The notes under the pieces: generated by a model
What the model was told of the DNA's origin: nothing
The model's database searches: none
Seen by the model: the letters and a program-made list of their open reading frames with translations, nothing else
Made by a program: the position numbers and the translations under genes
DNA from: Monocercomonoides exilis PA203
Lineage: Eukaryota; Protista; Preaxostyla
Reading direction: 5' to 3'
NCBI GenBank assembly: GCA_001643675.2
Contig: LSRY02000020.1
Coordinates: forward strand, 682,001 to 746,000
Length of the DNA stretch: 64,000 nt
In this document: one piece after another, positions 1 to 12,539 of the stretch
How positions within the stretch are numbered: position 1 is the stretch's first letter
Layout of the letters: the number at the start of each line of letters is the position of its first letter

Positions 1-1228
1 AACGCGACGGCTGCTAATTGAGGAGTGCTGCCACATTGCAATCACAATGCGCCTGAGCAGCTGGATGTTTGCAATTGCACATGCGGAAAAAGAGGGTCCC
101 GCTGAAGGATGGGAATGGATGGTTGAGAAAAGCCTTTCAGTGCTGAAGAGGTTGCTGGATGAAGCTCAGCTGATTTCTTGTGAGTGGACTGAGAAAAATA
201 GAGAAGATGGAAAGGAAGTACAAATGGAGGATGAAGAAAACGATATGGAAGAAGAAGAAGCAGTTGAATGTCCGAGTTATTCTCAATTTCTTGCTGATTG
301 TGTGCCAGTTGGAGCGGGATCAAAGAGTATGAGTGATGCTTGTTTATCTAGAACAATGCTAATGTCTGCTTCTTCAACAACTGCTAACGCTTCTTGCAAA
401 TCATCCTCAACCACTTCTTTGCAGCGACCACTTTGGAATCGAGATAAAACAAAAAAGACAGCTGAGCTTGTTGATAATATTGTGATTATTGAGTTGACCT
501 TGGCTGAGCAAGTTGTCTGGGTTGCGGAGTGTTCAGCTAATTGCACTGGAAAGATGCAAAAAATGGCGCAATTTATTTTTGACCGTTATTTGTGTGTAAG
601 TCCTTGGGTTAGGTGCGATTCATCATCAGAAAATGAAACTTGCGAACTGCATTCAGTAAGAGATGGCCACAATGCTTCATCGCAAGAGTTAAATGACAAA
701 GCAAAGGAAAATGAAGTTGCGATGGATGAAGACAAAGAAAAAGTGGATGAAGGTGATTGCATTGCAGAGGCATCTGTATTATCATTTGTTCAATTTAGCT
801 CAAAGCGAATCACTGATTTTTATAACATGCTTGTTTTAGTCGATGCGATAAACAGAATAAGCAACGATGAAGAACGAGAGCGTCTAATTTTAAAGCAAAA
901 GAAAAGATTAAACTTAGCAAATGAAGATTGTCTTATCAAAGGAAAGAGAAAAGAAAAGGAATATTTTGGCACAATTCAGTCAAAAGATTATTTGATTAAT
1001 GAGGAAGATCCAGATGAAGCGAATGAAGACAAAAGAGAAGGAATGCAGCTGGAAAAAGATGATGGAACTTATGAGGAAGTGGGAAGTGAAGTGTTGGTGC
1101 ATGATGATGAATCAGAGGATGATTCGAACGATCAATGCGATTCTGAGAACTCAAATTTTGATGCTGATGATAACTTCCATGCTGACTCAAGTTGCTTTAA
1201 TCAAGGCATGTTATTCACAAATGTGTGA
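1..1228 (+). CDS. Hypothetical protein, 5'-partial, acidic low-complexity C-terminus
   Basis: Frame open from nt 2 through the 393-aa ORF to TGA at 1228; coding-like composition followed by AT-rich 3' region; no family motif recognised. Confidence 0.7.
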   Translation, partial: TRRLLIEECCHIAITMRLSSWMFAIAHAEKEGPAEGWEWMVEKSLSVLKRLLDEAQLISCEWTEKNREDGKEVQMEDEENDMEEEEAVECPSYSQFLADCVPVGAGSKSMSDACLSRTMLMSASSTTANASCKSSSTTSLQRPLWNRDKTKKTAELVDNIVIIELTLAEQVVWVAECSANCTGKMQKMAQFIFDRYLCVSPWVRCDSSSENETCELHSVRDGHNASSQELNDKAKENEVAMDEDKEKVDEGDCIAEASVLSFVQFSSKRITDFYNMLVLVDAINRISNDEERERLILKQKKRLNLANEDCLIKGKRKEKEYFGTIQSKDYLINEEDPDEANEDKREGMQLEKDDGTYEEVGSEVLVHDDESEDDSNDQCDSENSNFDADDNFHADSSCFNQGMLFTNV

Positions 1229-1477
1229 ATTTAGTTGAAATAAAAGCTAAGTTCAAGAAATAACAATACAATACAATTTGATCATTGACAGAAAATTGTG
1301 AGCTGAATATTTCACAGATTGTAGATATGACGCTGATTTAGCACTTATTCATTTGACAATAAGGTTTTTTTTTCAAGATTCTAACCCACATGCTTTCGAA
1401 TAACTCTGCCATTAAAACACAAGAAATTTTTAGCAATGGTAATTTGAAGAACAAATGAAAAAAGAAAAACGATTGAT

Positions 1478-2059
1478 TTATTTGCTGCTTTGTTTCAATT
1501 GTGACAAAAAGCGTGACATTTTACTATGAGCTTTTTGCTTTTTAAATTGCTGTTTCTTTTTCATTTGCTGTTTTTGTTTCCCTGTTTTTTTCTGAAACTT
1601 CTTCTTTTGTTTGTTTCTATCGTTCATCATTGCTTCTGTGCGAGTTCTCTTCTTTTTGGGAGGAAGTGCATCGGGCTCAATTTCTTGTTTGTCTTCATTG
1701 CTATCAGTTTCGTTTTCGTTTTCACTATCATTTTCGCTATCATTTTCACTATCGTCCTTTGAATCCTGATCGGATTCATCAAGCTGGTAATCATCTGACT
1801 CACTTTTTTCTTCGCTTTCACTTGAAGAAGAGTTACTGCTTTCACTGTCATCATCGCTGCTTTCATGACTTTCTTCCTCTTCTTCCTCCTCTTCTTCTTT
1901 TTCCTTGGGCTGTTCTTCTTCATCCGATTCTTCAATATCAGATTGATTTTTTATCTTTAGTAATTGTGAAGTGGAATGAAATGTAATAAACTCACTTAAA
2001 CTTATGCTTGCGACATGAAGCTTATCTGGAGCCTATTTATGAAGAAAAATATTTTTTAT

Positions 2060-2101
<42 letters not shown>

Positions 2102-3804
2102 AATTTTTTCAAAACAGACAAATAATATTTTAAGATGAATTATAATGAATTTGTTCTCAAAGCTCTACAATGAAAAAAAAGCATACAATTGAAATGTCGT
2201 CACAAGGAAGTGCAGTTGCTGTTCTTCCGAGTAAAGCTATTTGATCAAATGGGAAAAACGTATATGCTCTAAAAATATGAAATTTGTTGAATACATTTCG
2301 CAAAAATAAACGGAACATTTAGAAAATAACAAGAAACACTTAATAAAACAAAAGAATCACACCTTATGCTTCCATCTTCGTGCCCTGAGATCACAATATT
2401 ACTATCATCATCCCACCGTTTAACGCATTGCATAACCATCCCCAACTCGTCTTTCCCAGCACCTGATTTGGAGTTCTTTGTTATTTTTCTCCTTAAGAGA
2501 GAGCCTCTCAAAGAAGCTCCGCTTCCTTTTGCCATCAGCTCATAGGAGCTGTGTGCAACACCATATCTTTCGTTTTGATAGAGCTGCACATACGGCCGAT
2601 CATCCATTGCAACCATAAGATACGCAGAGTCTGCTTGTTTTGCCAGTTCGTTAATAATTCTTGATTTTCCCTTTGAAGGATTTGAGGATTGCGAGATTGA
2701 AGAATTGACGGTATTATCATCAGGTTTCTCTTCATCTTGAGTTTGTCGTTCGTTTTTCTTCTTTTCTTGTTTTGAAGTTGCTTTTGGTTCAGAGTTACGT
2801 GTTTTTTTCGCTCTCTTAATCCAGACGCAGCACTGAAGAGAATGCTCCAAATCATCAGATGCAGTAATGAAACTTGTTTTGTTACTCATATTAAAAATGC
2901 TAAATGCTCCGTCCAAACTAATGCAAATCAAAAGAAAAGTTTTAAAATTTTGGTAACAAATGAAACTGTTGTATACCTTACAGATGCCAGGCAATTATTG
3001 TCAGAAGAATAGCTCAATCCAGTTATTTCATCTTCATGAACATCGTCATAACTTTTTACTGGTTTTGATGTATTGCGAAGATCCCATATCTTATTTGTTT
3101 AAAAATGAAATAAATCGACTATATTCTTGCTTAAAAGCATACTGAAACTTGTCCATCTTCACAGCCCGTCGCAACAACTGAATCTGAAATCTTATTCAAT
3201 GCAGTGACAGGAGAACTGTGAGAAAGTCGTCCACAAAGTCCTATTTCATCTTGCGAAATCCATTTTTCACGAGGGTCTAGTAAATGCACTTCCTCATCAT
3301 TTCTTCTAACGATTAAAACTTTTTAAAAAATTTAAAAAATTTCAAAAAACATAAAATCAAATGGTTACACAAAAAGTCAAAAACTTTAAAATGTTTTGAG
3401 CTTATTAAAAACAAAACAAACGATTCAAATCTGATGAAAATTCAAATTGATGAGGAATTTTAGCTTCTGAATCTTCCCAGGACTGAATAATTGTAGGATT
3501 TTTCGAACCATTTCGTGGATTATCAATTCTTTAATAAAGAAAAAAGTCTAATTTTTATAGAAGCAATAATTCATACATGCATATTTCTCCTTCAAACAGC
3601 CCGCAAGCAGCTTGATTGTTTTCTGGAAAAAAGCAAAATGAAGAAACTTCACTTTTCATTTCAATCAACAGCTTCTTTTTACTAATATTTGATATTTTTG
3701 TTTCATTAAATATTTTGTCACTTTTTGATTGATTTTTACCGTCCATTAAATACAAGCTTTCTTCTTAACTGCACAAAATCAACCTTAATGTTGATCATGC
3801 CCAT
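1478..3804 (-). CDS. WD40-repeat protein, WDR55/Jip5-like (ribosome biogenesis), multi-exon
   Basis: Exon peptides with WD motifs: SHSSPVTALNKISDSVVATGCEDGQVSV/WDLR, VHEDEITGLSYSSDNNCLASV, SLDGAFSIFN, IVISGHEDGSIR. Last exon is an acidic tract then a basic KKQ tail ending ...MSRFLSQLKQSSK* at 1478. Candidate ATG 3804 splices in frame to KKKLLIEMKSEV. I could not phase one 3' exon junction cleanly. Confidence 0.65.
2067..2100. repeat. 34-nt poly(A) run (poly-T on the coding strand of a WD40-gene intron)
   Basis: Direct homopolymer in the sequence. Confidence 0.9.
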
Positions 3805-3834
3805 ACAAATATTAATATAACCATAATAAAACAA

Positions 3835-4789
3835 ATGTTAGACAGAGAGAGTGTGTTTTTGTGGATATTTGAAGTAAATTATAATAAATACTGTTGGCCT
3901 TTGATGTTTAATTTTAGACTGGGGAGCTAAAACCGGATCTGGAGGACCAGCAAGCAAGGAATGGCAGAATGTTGACCGAAGAGAAAGATTGCGTAAACTT
4001 GCCCTGGAAACTGTCGATTTGTCAAAGGTTTTATATAATAAATGTTGCATTTTCTTTATAATATTTGTGTATTGTTTTATTGAAAAATATGTTCGTAGGA
4101 TCCGTATTTTATGCAAAATTATCTTGGGCAATTTGAATGTAAGCTTTGCTTTACAGTGCATTTATCTGAAGCTAATTATCTTGCTCACACTCAAGGAAAA
4201 CGCCATCAACAAAATCTGAAAAAAAGATCATTTCAACAAGCAAAGGATCAAGCTGCAACACTTGCCCCAGCAAAGCGAACGCAAATCAAGAAAACCTTCA
4301 AAATTGGGAGGCCTGGTTATCGATTAACGAAACAACGCGATCCAGCAACAAAACAATATAGTTTATTGATAGAAATCCAATATCCAGAGATAAAGGAGGG
4401 TATTCAACCAAGATATCGAGTTATGAGTGCTTATGAACATCCAAGTGATGATGTTAAAAAAGATTATCAGTTTGCTCAATAACAAACGCAAAGATTGATT
4501 ATTTAAAATGTTAATATCTTTTTTTATGTATTATTCCGTAAATTAGGTATCTTCTGTTTGCAGCGGAGCCGTATGAAACAATTGCATTCAAAGTACCAAA
4601 ATTAGAAATTGAAAGAAGCGAGGGACAGCCATATTCTCATATGAATGATGAAACAAAAACTTTTACGGTTTGCTTATTTATATGAGTATTTCTTTTGAAA
4701 AAAAGGATTTGAAATTTCTTTTTTGAATCATTCTTTTTTAGTTCTTTATCACATTTAAAAATCCAGCACCTGCAGAAGCTAAAACTTGA
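3835..4789 (+). CDS. SF3A2: Splicing factor 3A subunit 2 (SF3a66/Prp11), 5 exons
   Basis: GAKTGSGG..DRRERLRKLALETVDLSKDPYFM, matrin-type zinc finger CKLC..HTQGKRH, KIGRPGY, PRYRVMSAYE, YLLFAAEPYETIAFKVP; ends FFITFKNPAPAEAKT* at 4789. Confidence 0.95.
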
Positions 4790-5023
4790 GTCAAATTGTT
4801 TTCAAGAAATTTCCGAAATTCATTTCTTTTTAAGTGTTTTAAAACAATAATATTGACAACTATAATCATTTCACATTTCTATTATTGATTTTTATTATTA
4901 TTAATTGCAACGTGATGTGTAATTTTTATGTGAATGTTTTATTATGCTTTCTTTAAAAAGCTAACCTTTATTAATATTATGTTGATTTGGTAAAGAAATT
5001 GTCTGATTTCTTAGCCAATATTA

Positions 5024-8000
5024 ATGATAAAATCAAATGTTTGTTATTCACTTTTAAGTTTTGTTTTATATTTTTTCTCAACTTTTTTTTTCATAGGATT
5101 CACTGAATCTGGATTTATCTGATTGCAATGAGGATAAATCTTCTGCTTATCATTGGCGAAGAATGGCCAGAATATGTTTCGATCATAAACAATTTAAGAA
5201 TGCTTGTACGTATTATACGAAGTCTATCAAACTCCTTCCATGTGCTTCTGTTTATGCAAATCGTTCAATGTGTTATTTTCAATTGTGCCAATTCAAAAAG
5301 GCACTTAAAGATGCTAAAAAAGCGACAAAAATAAATAAACAATATACTAGAGGATGGTTTTTACGGGGTTGCGCAAATTTTGAACTTGGTCAATATGTTG
5401 ATGCTAAAAAATGCTTTAAAAGATGTAATTTGCTGGCAAGCAATTGCTATCCTTCAAAAATAAGATATGAAGAAACCACGAGATATGAAATATCACAACA
5501 CCTTCTGTCTCCACATTCAAATTACGCTGGCCCCAGATTTTTGTTTCCTATTACAAAAGATAATTGTCCAAAAGAATTAATCACACAAGATCTTGTTGAA
5601 TATTTTAAGCAGTCAAAGGTCATTCCAATTCAATATGTAGTAGCCATAATCAATCAGCTCATTCCTATTGTAAGACGAGAACGTAACATCGTCTATGTTC
5701 CTCTCAAAAAAAATGGAGTGACAATTGTAGGAGATTTGCATGGGCAATTTTTTGACACCATAACGATGTTTGAATCCGTTGGATATCCATCTGAAGATAG
5801 AATATTTGTTTTTAACGGAGATTATGTTGATCGAGGATCGCTCTCAATGGAAGTTATTGTTCTTTTGTTTTTACTGAAAATAAGGTGTGTAGTTGTACTT
5901 CTGAAAAATTTTTCGATTCGTTTTTGCGTATTTTCCTTTTTGTTTTTATTTTAATTTATTTCATTTCATTTTGCGAAACGTTCACCATTTCAAAGATTTC
6001 CGTCATCAGTGACTCTTCTGAGGGGAAACCACGAGTCAGATGTGATGAACAGTGTCTGTGGCTTCAGAACAGAATGCAGCACAAAATACAGCCGTTTTGT
6101 TTATTTTCTGTTTCGCGATGCGTTCAACCAGTTGCCTGTTGGTGCGCTTATCAGCGATGACCCGCAGGACGAGGCTATTTTTGGGGGAGAGGACGAAATT
6201 GAAGTGATGAAGATGCAAAAAGATGACACACCCATTCAACGCCCTGTGGATTTTGTGAATGTTGTTCAGGAAAAGAAGAAAGAGAGAAAATCAAAGCAAA
6301 GTTCAAAAGAAAAAGAGAAGGAGAAGAAAGAGAAGGAGAAGGAGAAAGAAGAGAACAAAAATGAGGAAGAAAATGTGGCAGCCCAATATGAGTATGGATT
6401 TGGCAGCAGGGCAGGGACATTTTTTGAAGGATGCGGAGTTTGTGGCAATTCATTTGGTGTTTTGTCAGATGATGCGCAATCTTTATCATCAATATCTTCT
6501 TCAGAAAACGAAGATGATGATGAAAGTGGAAGCGATGAAGAAGAAGCAAAAGAGAAAGAAGCAAAAGAGAAGGAAACTATCAGAAAAGAAGAAGAGGAGG
6601 AAAAAGAAGAGAAAGAAGAAGAATATATAGGCGATGAATATGAGATGAAAGCAATAGAATTAGAATATGAGATGAAAAGAAAGAAATGCGAAGAGTTTAT
6701 TTCGAGGCTGAAACAACCAAAAGATCCAAACTCGACTCGCGTTCTTGTTATTCATGGAGGACTTCCATCGTATGTGTTAAAGAAAACCCAAAAATTCCAC
6801 TTTTTCTTTACTTTAATTTATTAATTTTCATAATTGTTGTTACTGTATTTGTTGTTATTATTATTATTGTTGTTGTTGTAATTCTTTCTTTTTACATATT
6901 CTCACAATTATTCTTTTCATCATTTCATTCAATATGCCACAAACTCTTCTTGTATCTGCTTCTCACATCCTCAGAAATGACAATGTTATTCTGGCCAACA
7001 TTGAACTGCTCAATCGCCGGCAGCAGCCATCTGACGATGAGGACCTGTTTTCTGATCTTCTTTGGACTGACCCGCATAACGGCAAAGAGAGAGTGAAAAG
7101 CATCAGAGGCTTTAGAACAGATTTTGGTGTGATATCAATTCATTCTCAAATTATTATTCAACTCGTAAAAAAAATTGTGTTTTTTATGTTGTAACAACTA
7201 TGTTTTTAAAAAACTTTATGTTTTTTTAAAAAAAAAAATATCTCCTTTTTTTTTCCTTGAACTGTGATGTCCAATTTACCTTCCCTTCAGGAAGTGACGC
7301 CACAGAGCTCTTTGTTCGGCAGAACCAGCTGTCGTATTTCATCCGGTCGCATCAGATGGTGATGGATGGCATTGAGATCACCCACAAACAGAAGTGTGTG
7401 ACTGTGTTTTCAGCGCCCTGCTATTGCGATGTGAATGCAAACAAAGGAGCTGTGTTGCAGCTTTACCCGTCGAGAGCAATGGCAGATAAAGACGAAGGAG
7501 AAAAGAAGAGTGCAGAGGAAGTTAATGAAAATGAGAAAGATGCAAGTGAAAAAGAACTTGTTGAGGAAGAGAAAAATGAAGAGAAGGCCAAAGAAGAAAT
7601 AAAACTTGATGATAAAAGTGAATGTGAAAATACAAAAGCCGAAGAAGTTCCAACTTTGGAAAGTGAGGTCAATACTCAAAGCAATCATAATGAGATAGAA
7701 AATACTGAAATGAATCATAACACATCATTTATAACTGATGAGGAGATTGAGATAATTAGAAAGCAGTCAATGAATTTTTTGTTGGAAGATGAAGAAAACG
7801 AAAGATTTGCGAAAGAAGAGGAGCTTATTGATCGCCATTATAAAATCAAAAGGAGATTTGCCAGTTTTAGAAAAAGACGATATTTGGAAATTAACTCTGA
7901 AATAAGCAATGAAAAAAGCAATGAAAGCTCGAATGAGGAAAAGAAAGAAGATTACTTCAAACTTGAGAGTGAAAATGATAAAAGAGAAGAGAAAAAAGAA

Positions 8001-9644
8001 GTTGAGGCTAAAGCGGAAAAAGAAAAAGAAAAAGAAAAGCAAAATGAAAATTCTGATAACGAACATGAGACAGCAGATGGAAGCGATATCTGTTCATCGA
8101 ATTCAGAAGAAAAAGAAGAATATAAATTTTCCAGAAAAAGTCCAGAATTGAGTAAGTTTGAGCAGTTCAGGGCCATGGAAGACAGGCAAGTGAATGTGGA
8201 GGATCTGAGCGGGACAGAAGAAGACGATCCAAACGAGCCAACTGAAGCGGAGCTTCGTCAGCGCCGTTCGGCGGTTGAGAAGCGGAAGAAGGACCTCAGC
8301 ATCGAGAGGAGGAAAAAGCGCTATATGCAGTTTTCAAAGAGGACGACTTCAAGTGGAACGAAGAATAGATGGAACCCGAACGAAGCGGTAATGCAGATGC
8401 ATCGTGGGGTGAAGATTGGAACAGCGGGTGCGTCTGGAAAGAAGTATTATGTCAGAGGAGGCGATGGTCATAAGAAGAGATTGTATGTTGTGAAGAAGGA
8501 TGACGATGAACAGCCTAGTGAAACAAAAGTTACAGAGGATTCAGAAAAAAAGGAAGAGTGCACTGAAACAGAAATGAATGAAAAGACAGAAAGCAAAAAG
8601 AATGACGAAAGGGACATATGTAACGAGGTTGTATGCGAAAAAGTGTGTGATGTCAAACATAAAAAAAGTAAATTGAAAAAAGACGATTCGAATGTTCTTG
8701 AGCATGCAATTGCATCTGCCACGACAAAAGAATCGGAAATGCCTCTTCTGTTAAAAAGACCATCAACAACACACAACGTCACTCATCACCAAAAGATGGA
8801 GCCATCTCCACAAACAGACAAACTTGCTTCAAATGCTTCGGAGACAGCTGGTGTTGAAGAAAGTCAAGATTTATCTTCTCAAAAGGAATCCAAAATGAGG
8901 CCAGTGACTGCAACAGTTGCCGTAAAGGATTCTCACGCTGCTCTGTCACGAAGGAGGGTTGTTACTGCGTCGAGAAATCGCATCTCATCTTCTGAGGCAG
9001 TTTTGCCTTATGAGTATCACAATGATCACCTGGAAAAGGAAATCGTTTCAAAGAAAGAAAACCAAAAAGAACAAGAGAATAATGGTGAAAAGAAAAAGTC
9101 TACATTAAAGTCGTTCATGAACCGTGTAAGTAATTTCTTTTCTTTCTCAAATTCAAAACAACATTCTTCTTCTTCCTCTTCTTCTACACGATTAGAACAT
9201 TCACCAGATTATCCAGTTGATACAAAGTCTGAAGATCTCACATTAAAACTCCAATCATCCATTCTATCTGACTCTCAAATGCAATCTCACAAAGACGCAA
9301 AAGACCCGAAAGCAAAACAGTCTCTTTCGCGGAGTTTATCTGCATCCGGTAAACTTTCTGCTTCGTCTGCTTTGTCTTCATCTTCTGCATCATCTTCAAC
9401 TTCATCCTCCTCCTCTCCTTCTTCGTCTACTACAACTTCTTCTACACATCCGTTGAACTCTCCTGCACATCCTATCATTTCACGTTTCGAAACAAGCATT
9501 CCTTGTCTTTTTGCTGTCACATTCACCTCCACACCACACAAGGGCTTTGAGTCTATGAAGTATGCAAGCCCTGCCCAGCGCCGCGATGTAGAAAGAAAGA
9601 GACAGGAAGCTCGTCGGCGTTCTGCAAGAGCTGCGAAAGCCTGA
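5024..9644 (+). CDS. PPP5C: Ser/Thr protein phosphatase 5-like (TPR + PPP catalytic domain) with very large low-complexity insertions
   Basis: N-terminal TPRs (YANRSMCYFQL...ALKDAKKA). PPP motifs GDLHGQ, GDYVDRG, LRGNHE, HGG, DLLWTDP, RSHQ, TVFSAPCYC. PP5-type C-terminal FTSTPH..MKYAS. Approximate exons 5024-5038, 5097-5884, 5997-6769, 6974-7127, 7291-9644. Confidence 0.85.
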
Positions 9645-10472
9645 CGAGGCATTTATCTCTTTCTTTCTGTTTTTTCTGTTCTTTCTTTCTTGTTGCGTAG
9701 GCGTGTCTCAATGTTTATATATATGCATCTTATTTTTAATAAGTCAGTTGATTCTTGTTTAATGATACACTTCTTTTTTTTTTTAGTTGTTTTCATATTA
9801 GTGAATAATAATAGTTATTTACTTAAAAAATATTGTGCATCCAATTTATCTAGTGAAATAAAAATTTCTTTACACATGCATTTACATGTTCGGCATTGTC
9901 CAACTAAAAACTCTCGTCTGCCATTGCAGAAATCAGCTGAAAACTTAAAAAGAAAACAATTAATTGTAAATGATGAACACACTCAAAACGAAAAATCATG
10001 AAAGAAAACACCTATCAACTAACGAAAGACGTCCTAATGATAGAAAAACAGCCTCGATATCCTGAACTCTAACAAAAAGCAACGTGTCTCAATTTACAGA
10101 AAATAACAGATAACAGAGCACAAACAAAAAACGATAAATTATCTATTCAAGCAACAATAATAAAAAAATTAGAAGATTGCATGAAAAGAATCTCAGAAAT
10201 TGAAGATAGGAAATGAGGCAAAAATGTGAATTGAAGATGAGAACGGACAATAACAACGCAATGAAGAGAAAATCACAAAAATTCTAGTAATCTATCGGAG
10301 AAAAAAGGTGAAATGTTTTGATATGATACATTGCGTCCCAAACTATGGAAAGCATCGTTTGTTTCAGAAGCCACATTCATGCACCATATTTGGAGCTTTC
10401 ATAAATCTAAAGCGCATCAGACTGGCTCAAAAATCCTATTTAAAAAAAGAACAAAGGAAGTGAAATGGTGTT

Positions 10473-12174
10473 TTATTCTCCATTTATACTTTGTTGAGGT
10501 GCAAGAAGATCAGCTGTTTGCTCAGTCCTTAAAATCCCGTACTCTGCTGTTGTGGACATGATTGGCGAACCGTATTGTGCTGGCTCCTGGTATTCATCTA
10601 TGTCTGTGCCATAACTCGTCTGAGTGTATCCGTTATACCCATTGTATCCATTGTATCCGTTTGCTGTTGTGTCGTACTGTGTCTCAGTTCCTGTGAATTG
10701 GCGATATGGTTGCTGAGTTGTTAGATACTGAGTTCCATACACTTGAGTGGTTAAGGCATCTTGAGTCTCTGTCGCATATCCCAGCTGCATGGCGCCCAAT
10801 GAAGACTTCCCAATCCTCGCCCCGCTGCCCATTGTTGTATAAACCTTCTCATCCTTCGAGCCAATGGTGCCATAACTGCCACCGTATCCTCCACCGTACC
10901 CTTCGCCATAACCTCCGCCCCACCCTTCGCTGTAGAATCTCTCGTGCTCGTTGTTTCTTGCCAAAAGAGGAGCACTGCCTCTTTCTTGTTGCTTGTTCCA
11001 CTCTATTTCTGTGTCCATGCTGTCCTTGTCTGACGCACCGTTCAAGCGAAGTGATCTTCGCTCTTCATTCTTCTTCTTCTTCTTTCCCTTTTTTTCTCTT
11101 CCTGCTCTCTCAGCTCTACCAGCTCGAGTAACTTTCTTCTTTATTGGACGAGGATTATGCAACTCGAATTCCTTCTCTTTTTCCTGGTTTATTGAATGAA
11201 CAAATAGCAGCTGATATGTTAACAGCAAAGAAACAGATGGGGTTATTTCAAAAAGCAGAAAAAAGGCAAAGTACGTCCAGTAAAACACTGACCATTCCTC
11301 TTCTCCTTCAATAACTTGTTCGGATAGCTTTTTCAATGCATTTTGAATGTGATTTACTTTTAGCACGTACAGCAGAACAAATATAAATCTTCCCAGGAAA
11401 ACAAAAAACATGATTGCTATTAAAATAATGAGTATTCTAATTCTTGATTGAAGAGCGCGCTTTCCATTCAAATGAAGACGCATCTGTAAGAGCTTTGTTC
11501 CATAAATTGCGATAGAAACAAGAATACAAAAATAATTCACGGAATCGACAATTCCCAAAAAATGATCGGAATCGTAGCCTGGTTTATGTTTATCCTTCAA
11601 AAAAGGTAATAAACAATTATTTGTGAAAAGATGAAACAATAAAAAAAGAAAGTAAGAAAGAAAATCAAACAGTCGATGTTGAGACAATAACAATTGATCC
11701 AATTAATAGTGCAAGATAAAGTACAATAAATATTACAGCGAGCCATATTCTGGAATGACGATTTCTTGCAAATATAGAAATTACTGCGCTTTCAAGCCAT
11801 AATGCAAGGACTTGCCATCCTCCAAATATAAAGTATCGCGGAATTTGATCGCATACAAGATAATAAGCAACAACTTTGAAGGGAAATGGAACAATCATGC
11901 ATATACATCTCATCAGCAGAAAGAAAGATATCAAAAATAAGAAGCTGTGCCGTAGGATGTTTTTTTTTAAAGAACATTTTTTAAGCAAAGTTATTTCTTC
12001 GCGAAGTGTGAATGCCAAGCACAAAGCGTAGCAGAGGAAAAGAAATATTAGAGGAAAAGAACCACGCCCAAAGATAACTGAGTGAAATTTTAGCAAAAGT
12101 AATTTTTTATTAAAAAAAATAAGGATTAGCAAACCAGGGCATGACAAAGACAGTTCTTCTTGTAAACTTGACAT
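10473..12174 (-). CDS. Multi-pass (about 7 TM) membrane protein, TOM1/THH1-GPR137-like, with Tyr/Gly-rich cytoplasmic tail (paralog A)
   Basis: Hydrophobic segments over 3 exons; motifs LLMRCIC, DQIPRYFIFGGWQVLALWL and FFLLFEITPS resemble the TOM1/GPR137 family; clear paralog at 59504-61522. Confidence 0.65.
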
Positions 12175-12539
12175 TTATAGCGAGGGAAAAAAAAATAAAA
12201 TGAATAAAATGGAACCATAATTGATAAATTTTCATCGAATTTTCTGCTTCACGTTTACCAAATTGATTAGCATTAAGATGATTCTTTGAGAAGAAGTTTT
12301 CTTTCTCCAATTTTTCGTATTCTGCATTCGACTGAAATACTGAAAGTTTTTCTAAAATCAGAGAAAGCCAATATATATTGTTTGTCACAGATATTGGATA
12401 AAATGATTTGTTTAATTAATGATAATTTTGCATTGAGCTTTTTGTTTTTCTTCACGTTGAACATAAAATAAAACAATATCGAAAACTCTTTTTCTTTTTT
12501 GAAATAGTTAATTTGAATGAATAAATGTCCGGTCAGGCA

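Noticed and set aside
2067-2100. Poly(A) run as a retroelement tail
   Set aside because: No upstream element body or target-site duplication; lies in an intron as a poly-T tract.
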